A stretch of 64,000 nucleotides of DNA from Tubulanus polymorphus (taxonomy: Eukaryota > Animalia > Nemertea): positions 10,354,001-10,418,000 of the forward strand of contig NC_134031.1 in assembly GCF_964204645.1 (NCBI RefSeq), read 5' to 3'. The translations under genes were made by a program, and so were the position numbers. Shown here one piece after another: positions 24,601 through 37,522 of the stretch. The notes beneath the pieces are model-generated. The model searched no databases and was not told where the DNA came from. It saw only the letters and a program-made list of their open reading frames with translations. Numbering within the stretch: the stretch's first letter is position 1; each line of letters opens with the position of its first letter.

Positions 24601-27600
24601 ATCTTTTCCCTTGGTCTTATTGATTTGAATGCTAATAGAATTGGATTTTCTGAAATTTGCTCAAAAAAATTGAATTGGATTGCTGCTTTACCTTGTTCAA
24701 TAAATAAAAATCGAATTGGATTTGATTTTTTTTTTTCAGAATAAAATTTGATTGAAATTGCAGTTTGAGCACATGGCTAATTGGCATATCAAGGAATTCC
24801 ATCTGATTTGAGAAAAAAGCTATTTTTCCCGGACTTTGCACAATTGTCAATGATATTTTCTGTAGTGCAAATAAAAATATTCCTCCCAAAACCCAAATCA
24901 ACTAAAGATAACGATATTGAAATACAATTTTAGATCTTAAAATAAAACCCAGAAGTAAAACGGTAGACGATACCGGGGGTTCACGTGAACACCTGCTGAT
25001 CTCTGCGGCTAAGCCAATCATAGAGGAGTCTTTGCTTTCTGATTGGCTTTTCAAAACACATATTTTTGCAATCAGAATTTCGTGAAAAAGCTCATATAAA
25101 TTTTAACGAGGTGTAGCCCTCTTTTAGAATTCAGCTTCATAATGATTTGTATGAATATATGCTCAGTTGCACAGTCAAAGAGCCTTTACTGTGGAAACCA
25201 TGTCATTTAAATTCACTCCATTTGTATAGTTATAGGCTCAGCCTAAGGCTGGCCTAAAACTGGCTCTGTAACTTTATAGGCCTTGGTCCATAAAACATTA
25301 AAACCAAATTTGGAATCGATTTAATTAAAACTGTAGGACTAGTAGCGATTTGAAGAAAAAATTGACAGATGCACGAACGAATCAACAAACTGACGACGGC
25401 TCCGCATAACCCATTAGCTCCGCTGACCTTCGGTCACAGCAGAGATAAAAAGAAACTTCACTTACCCAAGACGTCAAAATGGCGTGTATCCCTTGCGCAA
25501 TTTCTTGTTCAGCTAAACTGGTTGTTTGGGGAATACCCGAACTGCTAAGGGTATTCCCTAAACAACCAATCAGAGCGAAGCTTTCTCACAATAACGTCTA
25601 AGGCGCGATTATGTTATATTTGTCAAAATGCACTCCCTACTCATTACAATTTCAGCTGTACAATAGTATTTTCTTTAGCAGCACAGACAGGGAGCTGGCA
25701 GGAACAAATATCTCAGATAAATCTTTGCCATTGGTCTTACTGACTGCAGAATGGCATAGAATTTCATGAGAATTTGATAATATAAAATTGAATTTGATGC
25801 TTTATTTGTTCAAGAAAGTAAAATTGAAATAGATTTGATTTTTTTTGCAGAGTAAAATTTGATTGAATTTAACATTTTCAGCACGAGATCATCCATCCGA
25901 CTTGAGAAAAAGCTATTTTTACTGGACTTTGCATAATTTTCAATGATATTTTCTGTAGTGCTAATTAAAAGATTTCTCCCAAAAACTAAATCAACTAAAG
26001 ATTTCACAGAAATCTTGAAAATATAGCTGCAAAGCAGCGATAACGGGTTTTCTTGACAGCCTTGTTCGTATTCTTGTCTGGATACTGTGTCTACCACGAT
26101 CGCATGTATGCAGATGCAGCCGCATCATGCTATTGAAAATGAAGGGAATTAAGAATCCCATTCAACGGTCAACACAGTTTTATAAGAAAAAGGTATTCAA
26201 ACAGCTAATTAGGCCTGCTTGAAACCATGGATGACTGGACCAGTTGGTTATAAGACTCTGGAAAACTGACTCTTAAGCCTTAATTGGTCTTTATGGATTT
26301 TGAAAAAGCATTTGATAAGGTACTACATCAGCAATTACTACACAAGCAATTAGGAAATTCAAACACTATGATATTCAAACACTATGATATCTATAAATCG
26401 GAGGTTCATAATTTTATGTTATTCTATTCAGAAGAGGCCGTTCCCCATTCATTACTGCCAATGTCAATGCGGACATATCACTACGCGATTGCTTAACCCC
26501 CTCTCATCCACAAGATAAATAACGAGAACTAGGGGTCCAGGGACACCATGCTGACTTGGGAAGTGGTTTCAAATGCTCAACAATCTAACAATTTCAATAT
26601 TCAACGCCCCATCCAATGACCTTGAAAAAATCCAATGCCCTTGATACTCACCACATTCAAAGCAATGTCATAAGCTACAACTTTCCAATTGATTGTGGTA
26701 ACAAAATATACATAGGTACTAATATAATATAGAAATACTAAGTTATTGCATTCAATGCCCCCTGGTGGCCATATACAAAAACCAATGGCCTTAAAACTCA
26801 CCATGATCATAGAGCATGTCATGAGCTACAACTTTCCAATTGATTGTGGTAGCAAAATACACATACCGTATTTTCCGGCCAATAAGCTGATTTTCTAGCC
26901 TCAGATTTTTACCCAAAATATCGTGATCGGCTTATTGGGCGGATACGATCTGACATAAAAAATCACTTCCCGATCTATGCCACTCTAATGCTCTCAATGA
27001 TCGCCAAAATCAAGAAAAGTGGTCGATATTTCTTTGAGGTCATTATTTACTACCAATTATAATCTATTTTGAACTATTTTATTTTTACTTTGATTGTTCC
27101 ATCACCGCACAGCGGCAATGGTATACATTTATATAACGCGCGAGTTCATCGTACTACCACGTGTCAGTTCATACATTAGTATATATGCAAATCTGCAGTG
27201 AGCCGCGAACTGCGTGTATGGCTGTGTGTATAGTAATCAGCTGAGTGAGTCTATATATAGCACTGTCACTCGGCGATGATAGTATACACAGCACTCTCAC
27301 ACATCGGCGGGCGCTACTGTCAGCCTCTTAAATCATCAATTAAGACGAACTAATTGACAAATCAGTGAATTAAAATCTCTGATGAAGGGCCTCGGCTTAT
27401 TGGGCGAAGCTTTATGAAATCCATGTATTTTAGGCTAAAAAACTGCCCTTGGCTTATTGGCCGAGTCGGCTTATTGGCCGGAAAATACGGTAGGTACGAA
27501 TATAATAAAGAAATACTAAGTTATTCTACTATTCAACGCCCCCTGGTGACCATATAGCATAAATAATGTCCTTAAAACTCACCAGAATCATAGACCATGT

Positions 27601-30600
27601 CATGAGCTACAACTTTCCAATAGATTGTGGTAACAAAATATGCTTAAGTATCGATATAATGTGGAAAAACTTTTTTCCACCTACAAATGAGTACTGATGA
27701 CACCAAGATGGCCGCCAATTGGTCATAATTGCCTGATCAAAAATGCCTGTCTCAGGTATAAAAGATCCCTTTCCAAGGAATACCCATAAGCAATTGCAAT
27801 GAAAAATGGCAAACCATTAGGAAGCTGAAGCTACAGGACGCAGAATCCAGGCCAAAATTGATATTTTTGGGCACAAAACAGGTCACAGGACAGCCATCTT
27901 GAGTCTGATCGACCCAATTTTTCTCATGCTGATGGGCCCTTGGGGGGTACAAATATATACAAAATATCAGGGTAATTGATAAAACTCTTCAAAATTACCC
28001 TCGAAAACTTCAAAAATGTGTAAAAGTGCTAATTTTGGCTAAAAACAATGGCTGCCAGTCGGCCATCTTGAATCTGACAGGGCCAGTTTTTGGGCTGAAT
28101 ATGTGCCTAGGGTAGATATATGCATTAACCAAATATCAAGACATTACCTTGAAGCGTCTTCAAAACTTCCCAAAATAACTGGATTCCGTCTACTGACGGA
28201 CGGACGGACGGACGATGGACGAAAAGTGAACACAATAGCCCGCTAGGACTTAAGTCCCAAGTGGGCTAAAAATGCGATGGAATAACTTTTTGGGCCATTA
28301 AATCAGAAATCTGGCGACGCTATCTTGTAGGGAATAATTGAATTATTTTGAGTCATTTTCAGCTGTGTCTAATGTTTTACGAGAACGGAGTTACAATTTG
28401 AAGTTACTATGAAAATGAGAAGAGTCGAATATTTTTTTTCGACTAGGACTTTCGGTCCATTTTACTAGCATTCGCATTACGTCACATACATCAACCAATG
28501 CAAACAAGAGCCCCAAGGGGCACAATGGCCAGCCTGTCAGATTTGCTTTTTATAAATGATGTAATCTGTGGGTTATATTTATCAATATACACTCCCTGCT
28601 CAATATCATTTACATAGTAAAATCGTGTGTTAACACAGACAGCAGGAACGAATGTAATATAGAAATACTAAGTTATTGTATTGTTCAACGCCCCCTGGTG
28701 GCCATTAAAAAAACCAATGAGCTTGAAACTCACCTCGATCATAGAACATGTCATGAGCTACAACTTTCCAATTGATTATAGTAGCAAAATATGCTTAAGT
28801 ATCAATTATGATGTGGAAAAACTTTTTTTCCACCTACGAATGAGTACTGATGACCCCAAGATGGCTGCCAAGTGCGTCATAATTGCCTGGTCAAAAATAC
28901 CCTCTCGGATATAAAAGATCCCTTTCCAAAGAATACCAATTACAAATTGCAATGAAACATGGCGCACCATTAGAAAGCTACAGTACTCAGAATTCAGGCC
29001 AAAATTGACATTTTTGGGAACAAAAAAGCTCACAGTACGGCCATCTTGAGTCCGATCGACTCAATTTTTCTCATGCCGATGGGCCCTCGGGGGATACAAA
29101 TATATTCGAATGATCAAGGTTATTGATAAAAGTGTCTTCAAAATTTCCCTCGAACACTTCAAAAATGTGTAAAAAGTGCTGATTTTGGCGAACAACAATG
29201 GCTGCCAGTCGGCCATCTTGAATCTGACAGGGCCAGTTTTTGGCCTGAAGATGTGTCTAGGGTAGATACACGTATAAAACAAATATCAAGACATTACCTT
29301 GAAGCGTCTTCAAAACTTTGGAACTCTCACGAACTATCTAGATGGTTATCTCTCGACCTCAATAGCTTCAAGACCCATCTCAAAACAACTTTGTTCCATG
29401 CAGCATACCATTAACTCTCGGAAAGCGAATTGTATTTAACATTTTTTTGCAGAATAAAATTTGATTGAATTTGCAATTCGGGCACATGGCTAATTAGCAT
29501 ATCAAGGTCATACACCCGATTTGGTAAAACCTTTTTTTCGCGAACCTTGCGCAATTGTCAAGGATGAATTTTCTGTAGAGCAAATAAAAATTCCTCCCAA
29601 ACACCAAATCAACTAAAGATTTCATAGAAATCGATCTTGAAATACAATTTTAAATCTTAAAATAAAACCCGGAAGTAAAACAGTAGACGATACCGCGGAT
29701 TCACGTGAACACCTGATTTCTGTAAACGAAATGTTGGTTGTGACAAAATTGTTCAGACGGTTCTAGGTGGTAATAAGTACGGAAACGTAACGACCATGGT
29801 CGACTTATTCGATGAAATCAGGCCTATGTGATATCCAAATTTTGACTTTTTTATTCTCCAGACCTCCCTGATATAGAAATAAAAAAGTTTGGTGGTACGA
29901 AAGTGCAATCACAGCGCCGACGGGGACAGAGCCGATTCAGAGATCGGCGGAGTGAAAATTGAGGTGGACGAACACGAAGAAGTAGGCTATTGCGCTACTT
30001 GAATCACGAAAACTCCTGGCGCGGCCCCGACGCTTTTCGTTGATTAAGTAATACAAATATCATGCAATGGGTTTTCACAATCTACCGCTGGTATTTACCG
30101 GATTTCAATATCACTCCAAAATTCAAAGAAACCTCGAAATATCGAACCGGAACACTTCCGGTAGATATCCGCGGCTGCCCAACCGGGAAACTTATTTGTT
30201 TCAATAGATATTGATAGGATCCATCATCTTCACCCGTCAAGGGATTCGAACCCACTAAGCTAAAGCCATGCCAGAATCGGGTCGGGCCAATCACAGCGCT
30301 TGTTACAAACCACATTAGGCTTCTGTGGAATTTCCCAGTAAATGGGCCAATCAGCGAACACGTAGCGAACGCGGAAGTATTGTCGCGTGTTGATACATGA
30401 CGTCATGCGCAAAAGCGCCAGTAATGAAATCGCGATAATTCACGTGAACAGCTGCTGATATTTTCAGATAAACCAATCACAGGGAAGACACAACTTCCTG
30501 ATTGGCTGATAAAAATTGAAATTTTCCCGATTTAACTTTCGTGAAAAATGCAGAAAACATTTTTATGAGACCCTATTTCAAAATTCTGCTCGCTACGATT

Positions 30601-33600
30601 CCGAGAATGGATTACGCTTAAATACGTGATTTGTTCGAATATGCCCTCACTTGGCAAGCAAAAGAGCCTTTTGTGTGGAAACCATGTCATTTAAATTCGC
30701 TCCATTTGTATAGTAATAGGCTCAGCCTACGGCTGGCCTAATAAAATTAGTTCTACTTATGTTATCAACCAGAGTTGACTGAAGGAAGAGGGTTAGTCAG
30801 CCACCACAGCTGTTTAGAGTTCTGTAGTACAACAAGCTCATCGACTTAATTCTCTTTTCTACTTAATCTGGTCAATTCTGTGATAGTGTCTGCCATATAC
30901 AGTGTTTAAATTTAATCTGCACACTCACAGACCGTTTTATCGACAACTATCAGAAAAGCATCAAGACTGCAAACTGTCTACCAACATAAACATGGCATAT
31001 GTGCAGCTAGGTTTATATTCCATGCTCAAGAAACTGATGCACTAAGGTTAAGTCATTTGACTTATAATAGGCCTATAACTTGCAATGGATATCAAAAATC
31101 CCCTGAAATATCCATTCCTTGATAAAAATGAAGTGTCAAAATAATTTACTATCTCAAGTTGGCTTATGGCTACAGTGCATGTCAGTAAGCAACTATCAGC
31201 AGTTGTGTACCTGCTGCCATATTTTTGGAGGAAAATGAAATGTGTAGATTTTGCTCCACAACACCGGTGCATTCTATCGTTGATAAGCAGGTATAAATTT
31301 AACTTTGAAATCTTTTTCATGAATAAAACATGTAGCAAACCTTTCCAGAACTCTGTAAGATAGAAGTCCTTGTGCGCCATATTCTCTCTCTACTGACAAT
31401 ATCACGAGTAACATCCATCTCTGCATCTATGAAACTGCGTTGTCCACCAGAAGAGACCTCATCATCACCTTTTATCGTTGCACGTTTTTTTGTCAAAAAT
31501 TTAGCTTTAATTGCAGCAATCTTTTCAAGAGGCATAGCTTCAAAAAGAGAGGATGATTTGCTTTGATCAGGTAGTACTGATGATTCCTTTGGCGCATCTA
31601 ATTTGAGAGCAAGTCGCTGTTTATCAATAAGAACCTGTTTCTCCTAAATATCAAACAGAAACAATAGATTCATATGAAAAATGTAGTTTGAATATTCATA
31701 TATTCTTCATTCATTGACATCACTCACCTCAAGTTTTGGCTTCTTTTTCTCAAGTTCAGATGCCTCTTCAAAAGCCCTTTTAACTATATATTTAAAAAAT
31801 GAAAATAACATAAGTCCAAAAAAGAGATACTTTGCATGGAACTTGAGTTGATATCAGAAAACAAGAAGCCTAAGGACTTTGGCACTGCATCTATAAATAC
31901 TAGAATGTGGCAAAGCCATGTATCTTTCCCTAGAGAAAGCAGTTTTAAACTGGCAGCCATATTTGATGACCGAAGTTCGGTATTTTTAAGGCCCTTTTTA
32001 TAAGTTGGATAATGGATTTGATTGACTTGAAATGATTGCGGAGGCAGGAAAAAAATCAAACTCGACAAGAAAATATAGCTGCAAAGCAGTGATAACGGGT
32101 TTTCTGCAGAGCCATTCAGGGTATCAGGAACTGTAGAAAATGTGAATACCGATACATAGAATAAAATGTATTGACAGATTCGAACCTAATATGCAACCAC
32201 TGTGTAAAACGTCAAATGTGATTCAGCTTTGAGACCGAACTTATGCGGACATACAATCAACAAATATGAATTTATTCGACCAGGCATACATATTGGCATT
32301 AAAACTTATGATACTGTACTATCAACACGCTTAAAAAATGGATCTGTTCTTAAGAACTCATCTTAAGAATCTGATGAGTCGATAGGTTGAGTAAATTTAC
32401 AGATAGGAACGTATTATGATTTGGAATAGATTTAAGGGGTTAATCTTTTTATTGAAATATTTGAATAAATACATATATTGTAGTGTAGATTCAATCAATA
32501 AATTATGATTTGATTTGGTCTGGTTTTCGCGCCGATGTTGATTTAGGGTTTTATGGATTACAAATTCTATACTGATAAAAAATTTATACCTGCATCATGT
32601 TAGTAAATATCAAACCTACTTGACTAGTTACGTGTGTTTCCAAATAAACGGGACAGTCACTTATTAGAAAAATAAAAGACCAATGGTCTAGCTCACCTGA
32701 CCATTAACTAATAGGCAGTTAAAGACTTGTTATATCCCATGTCTAAAATGGATTAGACGCTGGTCTTATTGCAAGGGCAAGATGGGAAGAGCAAAATCGA
32801 TACACACATTGCCTTTCAGACCTTCAAAGGAGTGATCAAAATCAAACGGCAACTCTTGTTTAAATAACCATATTTATTTTGAGATAATAATTTTCATATC
32901 AAAAGGAAATGGGCGGTAGTGCGCGGTGTCTCTAGTGTACGGAGACGCATCGGGGTCATTCACAAATATGATCAGAGAAACCGAAACTGTTAAAAGACAA
33001 CGTCAACATTGCGACTGTAATATTATGAAATAAAATTTAACCTTGATCTCGATTGATTCGAATTTAAAATAAAAATCAACCATTCGGCTAATTCTGTCCA
33101 CGCTTGAATTTTAAAAATGTTCCTAATAGGCTACCATATTTCTTGGATCTATCCAAGAAACGATAGTTCATAGGTCGAGCCACGTTATTAGAGAGTTAGG
33201 CGAGAGTCAGACCCCTGCGTTTAGACCGGCCTGGAAATAAATCTAGACGTTTTTCCAGCTAAAATTATGTGAAAATGTTTGAACAACACCCAAAACTTTA
33301 TAGTACTAGCAGTCCGGGTCTATTTTGATTTCACAGAAACGCATGTATACAAAAAGAACGGCAATTTGCTTCGATTTTGGTATATTTTCGATTATTTCAC
33401 AAAAACACGAGTTCAGAATTCTATGAAATTTTCAGATTGTAAAATAGATACTATATGACACCTCCGTGAAAGAAATCAGATCTCACGACCATCTAGATAA
33501 AAAGTGTGCAACCGATTTTACTGAAATTTTTCGCGATAGGCAAATGCATTGGAAGCATGACGTCATCAGCTAGTGATAGCAAAAGCGAAGCACTAATAAT

Positions 33601-36265
33601 GTTCATTTCGTTATAGATATTCATTACCTTTTTGAAAAATCTATAATAATATTTGTTCTGTCCTACTAATTTCAATTACTGTATGAACCAATGATATGCT
33701 TTGTAAATATGATGTAATAAAATTAATTAGATTTTGAATTAAATTTGAATATGAGAATCAAGCATAACTTGTGTTCTTTCCACTTGTCATACGTGTCTCT
33801 CGATAACAGTTCCAAAGTTTCAATTACAACCAAATCCAAATCAGCTAAAAAGTACATAGGACTAAATAAAATGAACTGTTAGTCACTGCAAACCTATTCC
33901 AGTGTTATGTCGATCATGTTGAATCACTTTGCTTGAGTTGAAAGAATCACATCTTCTATCATATGATGCAACATCGGTCAAAGAGAGTTCTTGGTGTTAT
34001 TTTTTTTATATCTTAAGTTCATTTGCCGTAAAAGCTGAGCGGCCGGTTGTAGAAAGCTCCATAACAAACTAAATCACACCCACTGGAGTAAGGTGGGGGA
34101 TTGATCAGTTTCGAAAATAGAATATTTGAAATAACAGGATAAGAAACATAATATAGAAATCTCCAAGCTCCGCTTCAATAGATCTGTTAAGACATCTCAC
34201 GACTGAGGAGCATTCAAAACATTAAATTTTGCTTCAAGCACTGTCCTTATTCTTAGTTGTTTGAGGTATCAAAGTTATAGATACATACATGTACATAAGA
34301 TATAGAAAAAAAAATTAATTATTTGCACATATGAACTTTTATGTAATTTTTGGAACTAACCTTGGATCTTTTTTTGTAGATTTTTTTTTATACAAGTATA
34401 AAATTTATACAAGATATACATACAAGATTTTATTTATACATAGTATATAACAGTCAAAAAGCAATAAAATAGAAAAAGGAAAAATACATACAAAATTTAC
34501 AACTTACAAAAAAATTTACAGCTTAACAATAAAAGGATATAAGATTATTTTTACATAAAAATCTCGATATACTTCCAATATTTACATTTTTACATATTTC
34601 CTTTTATCCGGAATAAATTATTTCAAAGTCTATCTATACTGTTTAGAGATTAATTGTTTATTTTGTATTCATCCCCCGCAGATTTTGATCAATGTTTCAT
34701 TTTTTTCCACCTTTTAATATTTTCAAAATGAGTTAGCTCTTGATATAATCTGTTTTTTATAAAGTTTCTTGAGTAATTTTTTAGATCAATCGCATTTTCG
34801 CCTGTACATAAATTTCGGTGGTTTTTATATGAAGTCCATTTTAGGACAGTTAAAGTGTCATTACATATATCTCAATTTATTTGATCTTTCACAATGTCTT
34901 TTGGAATACCGAGATAGATTAATCTTTTTGTCAAAGTGATCGATTGTTCTGCTACCCCATCTATGATGGTTTGATATCTCCTAAAGAGATCAACCGCAAC
35001 GGGACATTACTACATGCGAATTCGTAGAGGCTCGGCCACATACTTTACACCTAGGATCGTTTGATAGGTTCCACGTTTTTGTGCAGTGGCTTAGCTATCG
35101 TGGAGTAGTCTCCATTGCATATCACCTCGTTTTTTGTCTAGGATTGAGTTATATACATCTTTCCATGTTTGGGACCAGTTGATTTCGGGCCCATTCAGCA
35201 CATCGTTTATTTTGGTTTCGCCAACCGGGGTCATATGACCGAAACTTTTTGCTATGATTAAGTTATAAATCTGTTGTATTTGTGCATTGACAACAGGTTT
35301 TCGGTTATTTCCAAAAAAGAAGGTATATCCAGATTTATTTGTATCTTCCAACGATCTATCGCTCATAGTGGCATGCCAATCATGTGGTATTGCCAAAAAT
35401 ATGGGATCATGTTTAGTGGCATTATTTAGAATGGGGTTAAAAGCATCAATTTCTAGAAAGTTTCCAAAATTATCAAATAGATCTTTTACAGTTGTAATCA
35501 TGAGCACGATGTAATCAGGGTAATTTAAACTTCTTCCGTTTATAGTTATTGATGGATTGTTGAAAATGGGTTGGTTCTTAATATCATGTTTCGAGAAGCC
35601 TGGTTCGGCTAGTTCTATTACATATTTCCAAGCTGCCAGTAGATTTGTGTAAAATACATCACCTGTAGCTTTGATTTGAAAGTTTTGCAAATTAGTGAAT
35701 GAGCAGTCCACCCATTTCTTAAGACATGAAAGTAGGTCAACAGGGGTAAGTCAACCAATTTGAATCGGAGAATTCCCCAAAATATTAAGGTTCATCTTCA
35801 TACTCTCATACACGTAAAAAAAACTCTAAAAACTCCATGAAGTTATCTCAAAACGGTTTTCGAGTTATCACATACATAGGAAATTCATATGGAACCAGAT
35901 GTGAATAAGGACACGCCACTGTGAAAAACCAAAACATCCCTGGGTTGCAGTTCGGGAGATACAATAATAATAATGATAATAAAGGGTTTTCTGTGAAATA
36001 GCAGAAAAGCCTAACAATAATCTGCAGAATTTAAGTAGGGTTTTGTGCAAAAGCAGCAGAAAATGCTTATGAAGCTTGCAATCTCCATCTAAGTCCGTAG
36101 AAATACGTCCACGATGAGAATTTTACACATACCTTGAGTTGGTCTTTGCAATGAAATTTCCAAAGGTGCACTTTTATCTATACTTGCTGAAGTGTTTGTT
36201 TCTCCATTCAAATAAGCTAATAAATCTTTCCGATCGGGACGTCGTACAACAGGAACATTAGCTGC
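9475..36265 (-). CDS. CDC73: Parafibromin/CDC73 (PAF1 complex subunit), partial spliced gene: six internal exons 36265-36133, 31783-31728, 31643-31341, 15480-15373, 15199-15133, 9639-9475; 5' and 3' exons outside window
   Basis: Joined exons read [51 protein letters not shown]...[14 protein letters not shown]...[42 protein letters not shown]...[11 protein letters not shown]...[24 protein letters not shown], matching recalled CDC73; all junctions GT-AG with compatible phases. Confidence 0.97.
10805..11400 (+). mobile_element. Penelope-type inverted pLTR relic with core-mutated hammerhead at 11271-11317
   Basis: Inverted arms 10819-10870 vs 10981-11012 and 11224-11260; ttattc-CTCAAGA-T-GACTAT(tagg)...ATAGTC-GAAA-CGTT-gaaataa. 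Confidence 0.7.
11400..12004 (+). mobile_element. HINE-like element 3' part with internal tandem units and terminal hairpin
   Basis: Repeated caattgcggcctctaggc units; terminal tatgccccct...aggggcata hairpin followed by A run. Confidence 0.6.
12001..12458 (+). mobile_element. HINE family A 3' fragment
   Basis: Same 3' half and terminal palindrome as the full copies. Confidence 0.8.
12459..13637 (+). mobile_element. HINE family A full-length copy (four 154-bp units)
   Basis: 5' taggggtccagggacaccatgcccacttggga; subTIR gcccacttggga / tcccaagtgggc; units start 12529, 12683, 12837, 12991; GGAC microsatellite; 3' palindrome; no TSD, A/T-run target. Confidence 0.85.
13922..14723 (+). mobile_element. 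HINE family A copy with a single repeat unit
   Basis: Both termini present; one 154-bp unit. Confidence 0.85.
15133..15199 (-). CDS. CDC73: CDC73 internal exon (67 nt)
   Basis: ttttag|GTTCCA...AAAGAGG|gtatgt; [22 protein letters not shown]. Confidence 0.95.
15373..15480 (-). CDS. CDC73: CDC73 internal exon (108 nt)
   Basis: tttcag|CTATTT...ATCACT|gtaagt; [36 protein letters not shown]. Confidence 0.93.
16140..16425 (+). pseudogene. CR1/L2-type reverse transcriptase fragment
   Basis: [36 protein letters not shown] motifs with frameshifts; also at 26220-26360 and 37710-38760. Confidence 0.8.
17175..17401. repeat. ~225-bp near-perfect palindrome
   Basis: agatgaggacgccagtgatatgacgactgagtttcaagtc vs gacttgaaactcagtcgtcatattactggcgtcctcatct, with inner GTCGAC-rich arms. 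Confidence 0.85.
17686..18540 (+). repeat. ~29-bp minisatellite, about 28-29 units
   Basis: Unit aaaaccaaaataatgaattgtcgcgggcgat; explains spurious ORFs 17706..18524 etc. Confidence 0.95.
20230..20527 (+). repeat. Intronic direct duplication of 14759-15075
   Basis: aacaagaaa.gaaattcttaata...gatgggaga...acagacaactagatc...gctccaagtaatcaaaaaa in both. Confidence 0.8.
22019..23014 (-). mobile_element. piggyBac-like non-autonomous element
   Basis: TTAA flanks, imperfect TIR ccctttcaataccac / gtggtattgtaaatg; decayed acidic N-terminal coding remnant 22640-22865; related fragment at 4380-4490. Confidence 0.55.
23019..23605. mobile_element. Kolobok-like MITE
   Basis: TTAA TSD (23015-18, 23606-09); TIR aggggaactgcagt / actgcagttcccct. 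Confidence 0.8.
23749..25450 (+). mobile_element. HINE family D with ~120-bp tandem array, interrupted by a family C copy
   Basis: 5' aacaaggagcctatcggcttatatagctctgctg; repeats ggccttggtccatagaacattca...; 3' hairpin tagctccgctgaccttcggtcacagcagagata. Confidence 0.7.
24395..25256 (+). mobile_element. HINE family C copy
   Basis: 5' aacaagagtccaaaggggcactatggccagcct; 3' taggctcagcctaaggctggccta; subTIR ggccagcct/aggctggcc. Confidence 0.8.
26527..28267 (+). mobile_element. HINE family A copy interrupted by a pogo-like MITE
   Basis: Both termini present; consensus resumes after 27492. Confidence 0.85.
26866..27490. mobile_element. Tc1/mariner (pogo/Tc2-like) MITE
   Basis: TIR ccgtattttccggccaataagc / gcttattggccggaaaatacgg; TA TSD confirmed by the uninterrupted HINE consensus cataggtacg. 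Confidence 0.9.
28502..30741 (+). mobile_element. HINE family C copy with nested family A fragment (28653-29319) and ~700-bp insert (29725-30437)
   Basis: Family C termini at both ends; internal homology to 24395-25256 interrupted twice. Confidence 0.75.
31341..31643 (-). CDS. CDC73: CDC73 internal exon (303 nt)
   Basis: tttag|GAGAAA...GGAAAG|gtttgc; contains EKIAAIKAK and [22 protein letters not shown] (ORF 31317..31535). Confidence 0.96.
31728..31783 (-). CDS. CDC73: CDC73 internal exon (56 nt)
   Basis: atatag|TTAAAAGG...CTTGAG|gtgagt; (V)[18 protein letters not shown]. Confidence 0.92.
32675..33590 (+). repeat. Interspersed repeat family E, near-identical copy at 52357-53640
   Basis: aaagaccaatggtc...gctcac.tgaccattaact start, and long shared block ending gacgtcatcagc.agtgatagcaaaagcga. 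Confidence 0.85.
34290..35735 (-). mobile_element. 5'-truncated L1/Tx1-like LINE (ORF2 C-terminal zf-RVT region and AT-rich 3' tail)
   Basis: ORF 35091..35711: [33 protein letters not shown]...DMQWRLLH typical of Tx1/L1 ORF2 C-terminus. Confidence 0.8.
36133..36265 (-). CDS. CDC73: CDC73 internal exon (133 nt)
   Basis: ttttcag|GCAGCT...ACTCAAG|gtatgt; [44 protein letters not shown]. Confidence 0.96.
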
Positions 36266-37522
36266 CTGAAAAGAGAAGCCACAAAGAAATTGCTAAAAAG
36301 GATTGCCCCAGTTGTTGATTCTTTGCCTGATTCCATTTACTCAAAATGGGCATACTTTGCAGCAATTAAATAATTGGATTGGCACATTCGACATAGTAAC
36401 ATTCATTTTCAATGCAACCAAGAAAAGGTTACCATAAGATATTTAAAATGAATGAGGGTCCATTTTGAAACTAGCGGTCCAGGGACCACTTGGGAATTGG
36501 TTTGAAAATTTCAATATTCAATGCCCCTGTGAACATATTAAAAAAGCAATGAGCTTAAAAATCATAGAACATGTCACTAGCTAAAACTTTGTAATTTATT
36601 GTGGTTACAACATGAAAAAACAAAGTGGTTCAGCTATTCACGTCCCCTGGTGAATATAAACTAGAGGCCCATGGGCCTTAGGTGAAGTCCTTTACATAGC
36701 CAAGACATTTTAAAATGACTTTGAGCACGGATTCTCCCTCCCCCCATTCTGCAAAATTCATTAAATTCCAAAAAAAATCTTTTAGTCCTTCATGTTTTCA
36801 TCAGAAAAACATTTTGTGCCCGACTTACATTCAGGTACCTCTATCAGTTATTCAATTTGGGATTCAACAAATGCAAGAGTTTTTTTCATTTCTCGTATAA
36901 TTGCTCACAATATCCACCCGTTGTCGATATATCCACCTCACTACCATTAATATAAAGACATTACTCACTGCCGTTAGGAGCCGCATAGGCAAGCGTCTCT
37001 AGTCTGTCCACCTCACGGCATCAACTTTAGGTCCGACCAGCGAGCGCCGGTCGCCGAATGAACATCCGGAGAACAGGCAAGGTCATAAACTGCAGAGCCC
37101 GCAGCGCTAAAGGCGTTATTGAAGCCATACATTTTATGTTTATATGCTTAAGAAATCTGGTTTATATAATCGGTATTCAATGCAAATTAGTATAGCGCAG
37201 CAATGGTCCGCACATCATCAAAAAAACCACTGGCTTGCAAAAAATGAGTATAAAACTTTCAAATACGTTGGAATACGTTGGAATAGATTTATATTTGATT
37301 CGATTATCCATAATACTGACAAATTTAATTAAAATTGTCTCTTTTTAGTTTCGACATCTTCGATAGTACACTAAACGCAGCACCACTAGTGCTAGTGACT
37401 CATTCATAGATCCGAGCAATATAAAATTTCCCATGCCCCAGCCCACAAAAATGAGGGCATAATAAAAAATCCGCCACTTTTAACAAAAACTGTGTGGAAA
37501 AGGGAATTAAAAGAATAATAGT

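Larger units (their letters stand above)
32071..36014 (+). mobile_element. HINE family B termini enclosing different cargo (repeat E and Tx1-like LINE 3' end)
   Basis: 5' aaaatatagctgcaaagcagtgataacgggttttctg; 3' (AAT)n + agggttttctgtgaaatagcagaaaagccta. Confidence 0.55.

Noticed and set aside
27378-27412. CTGATGA...CGAA inside the pogo-like MITE
   Set aside because: No credible stem II or cleavage triplet; part of MITE subterminal repeats
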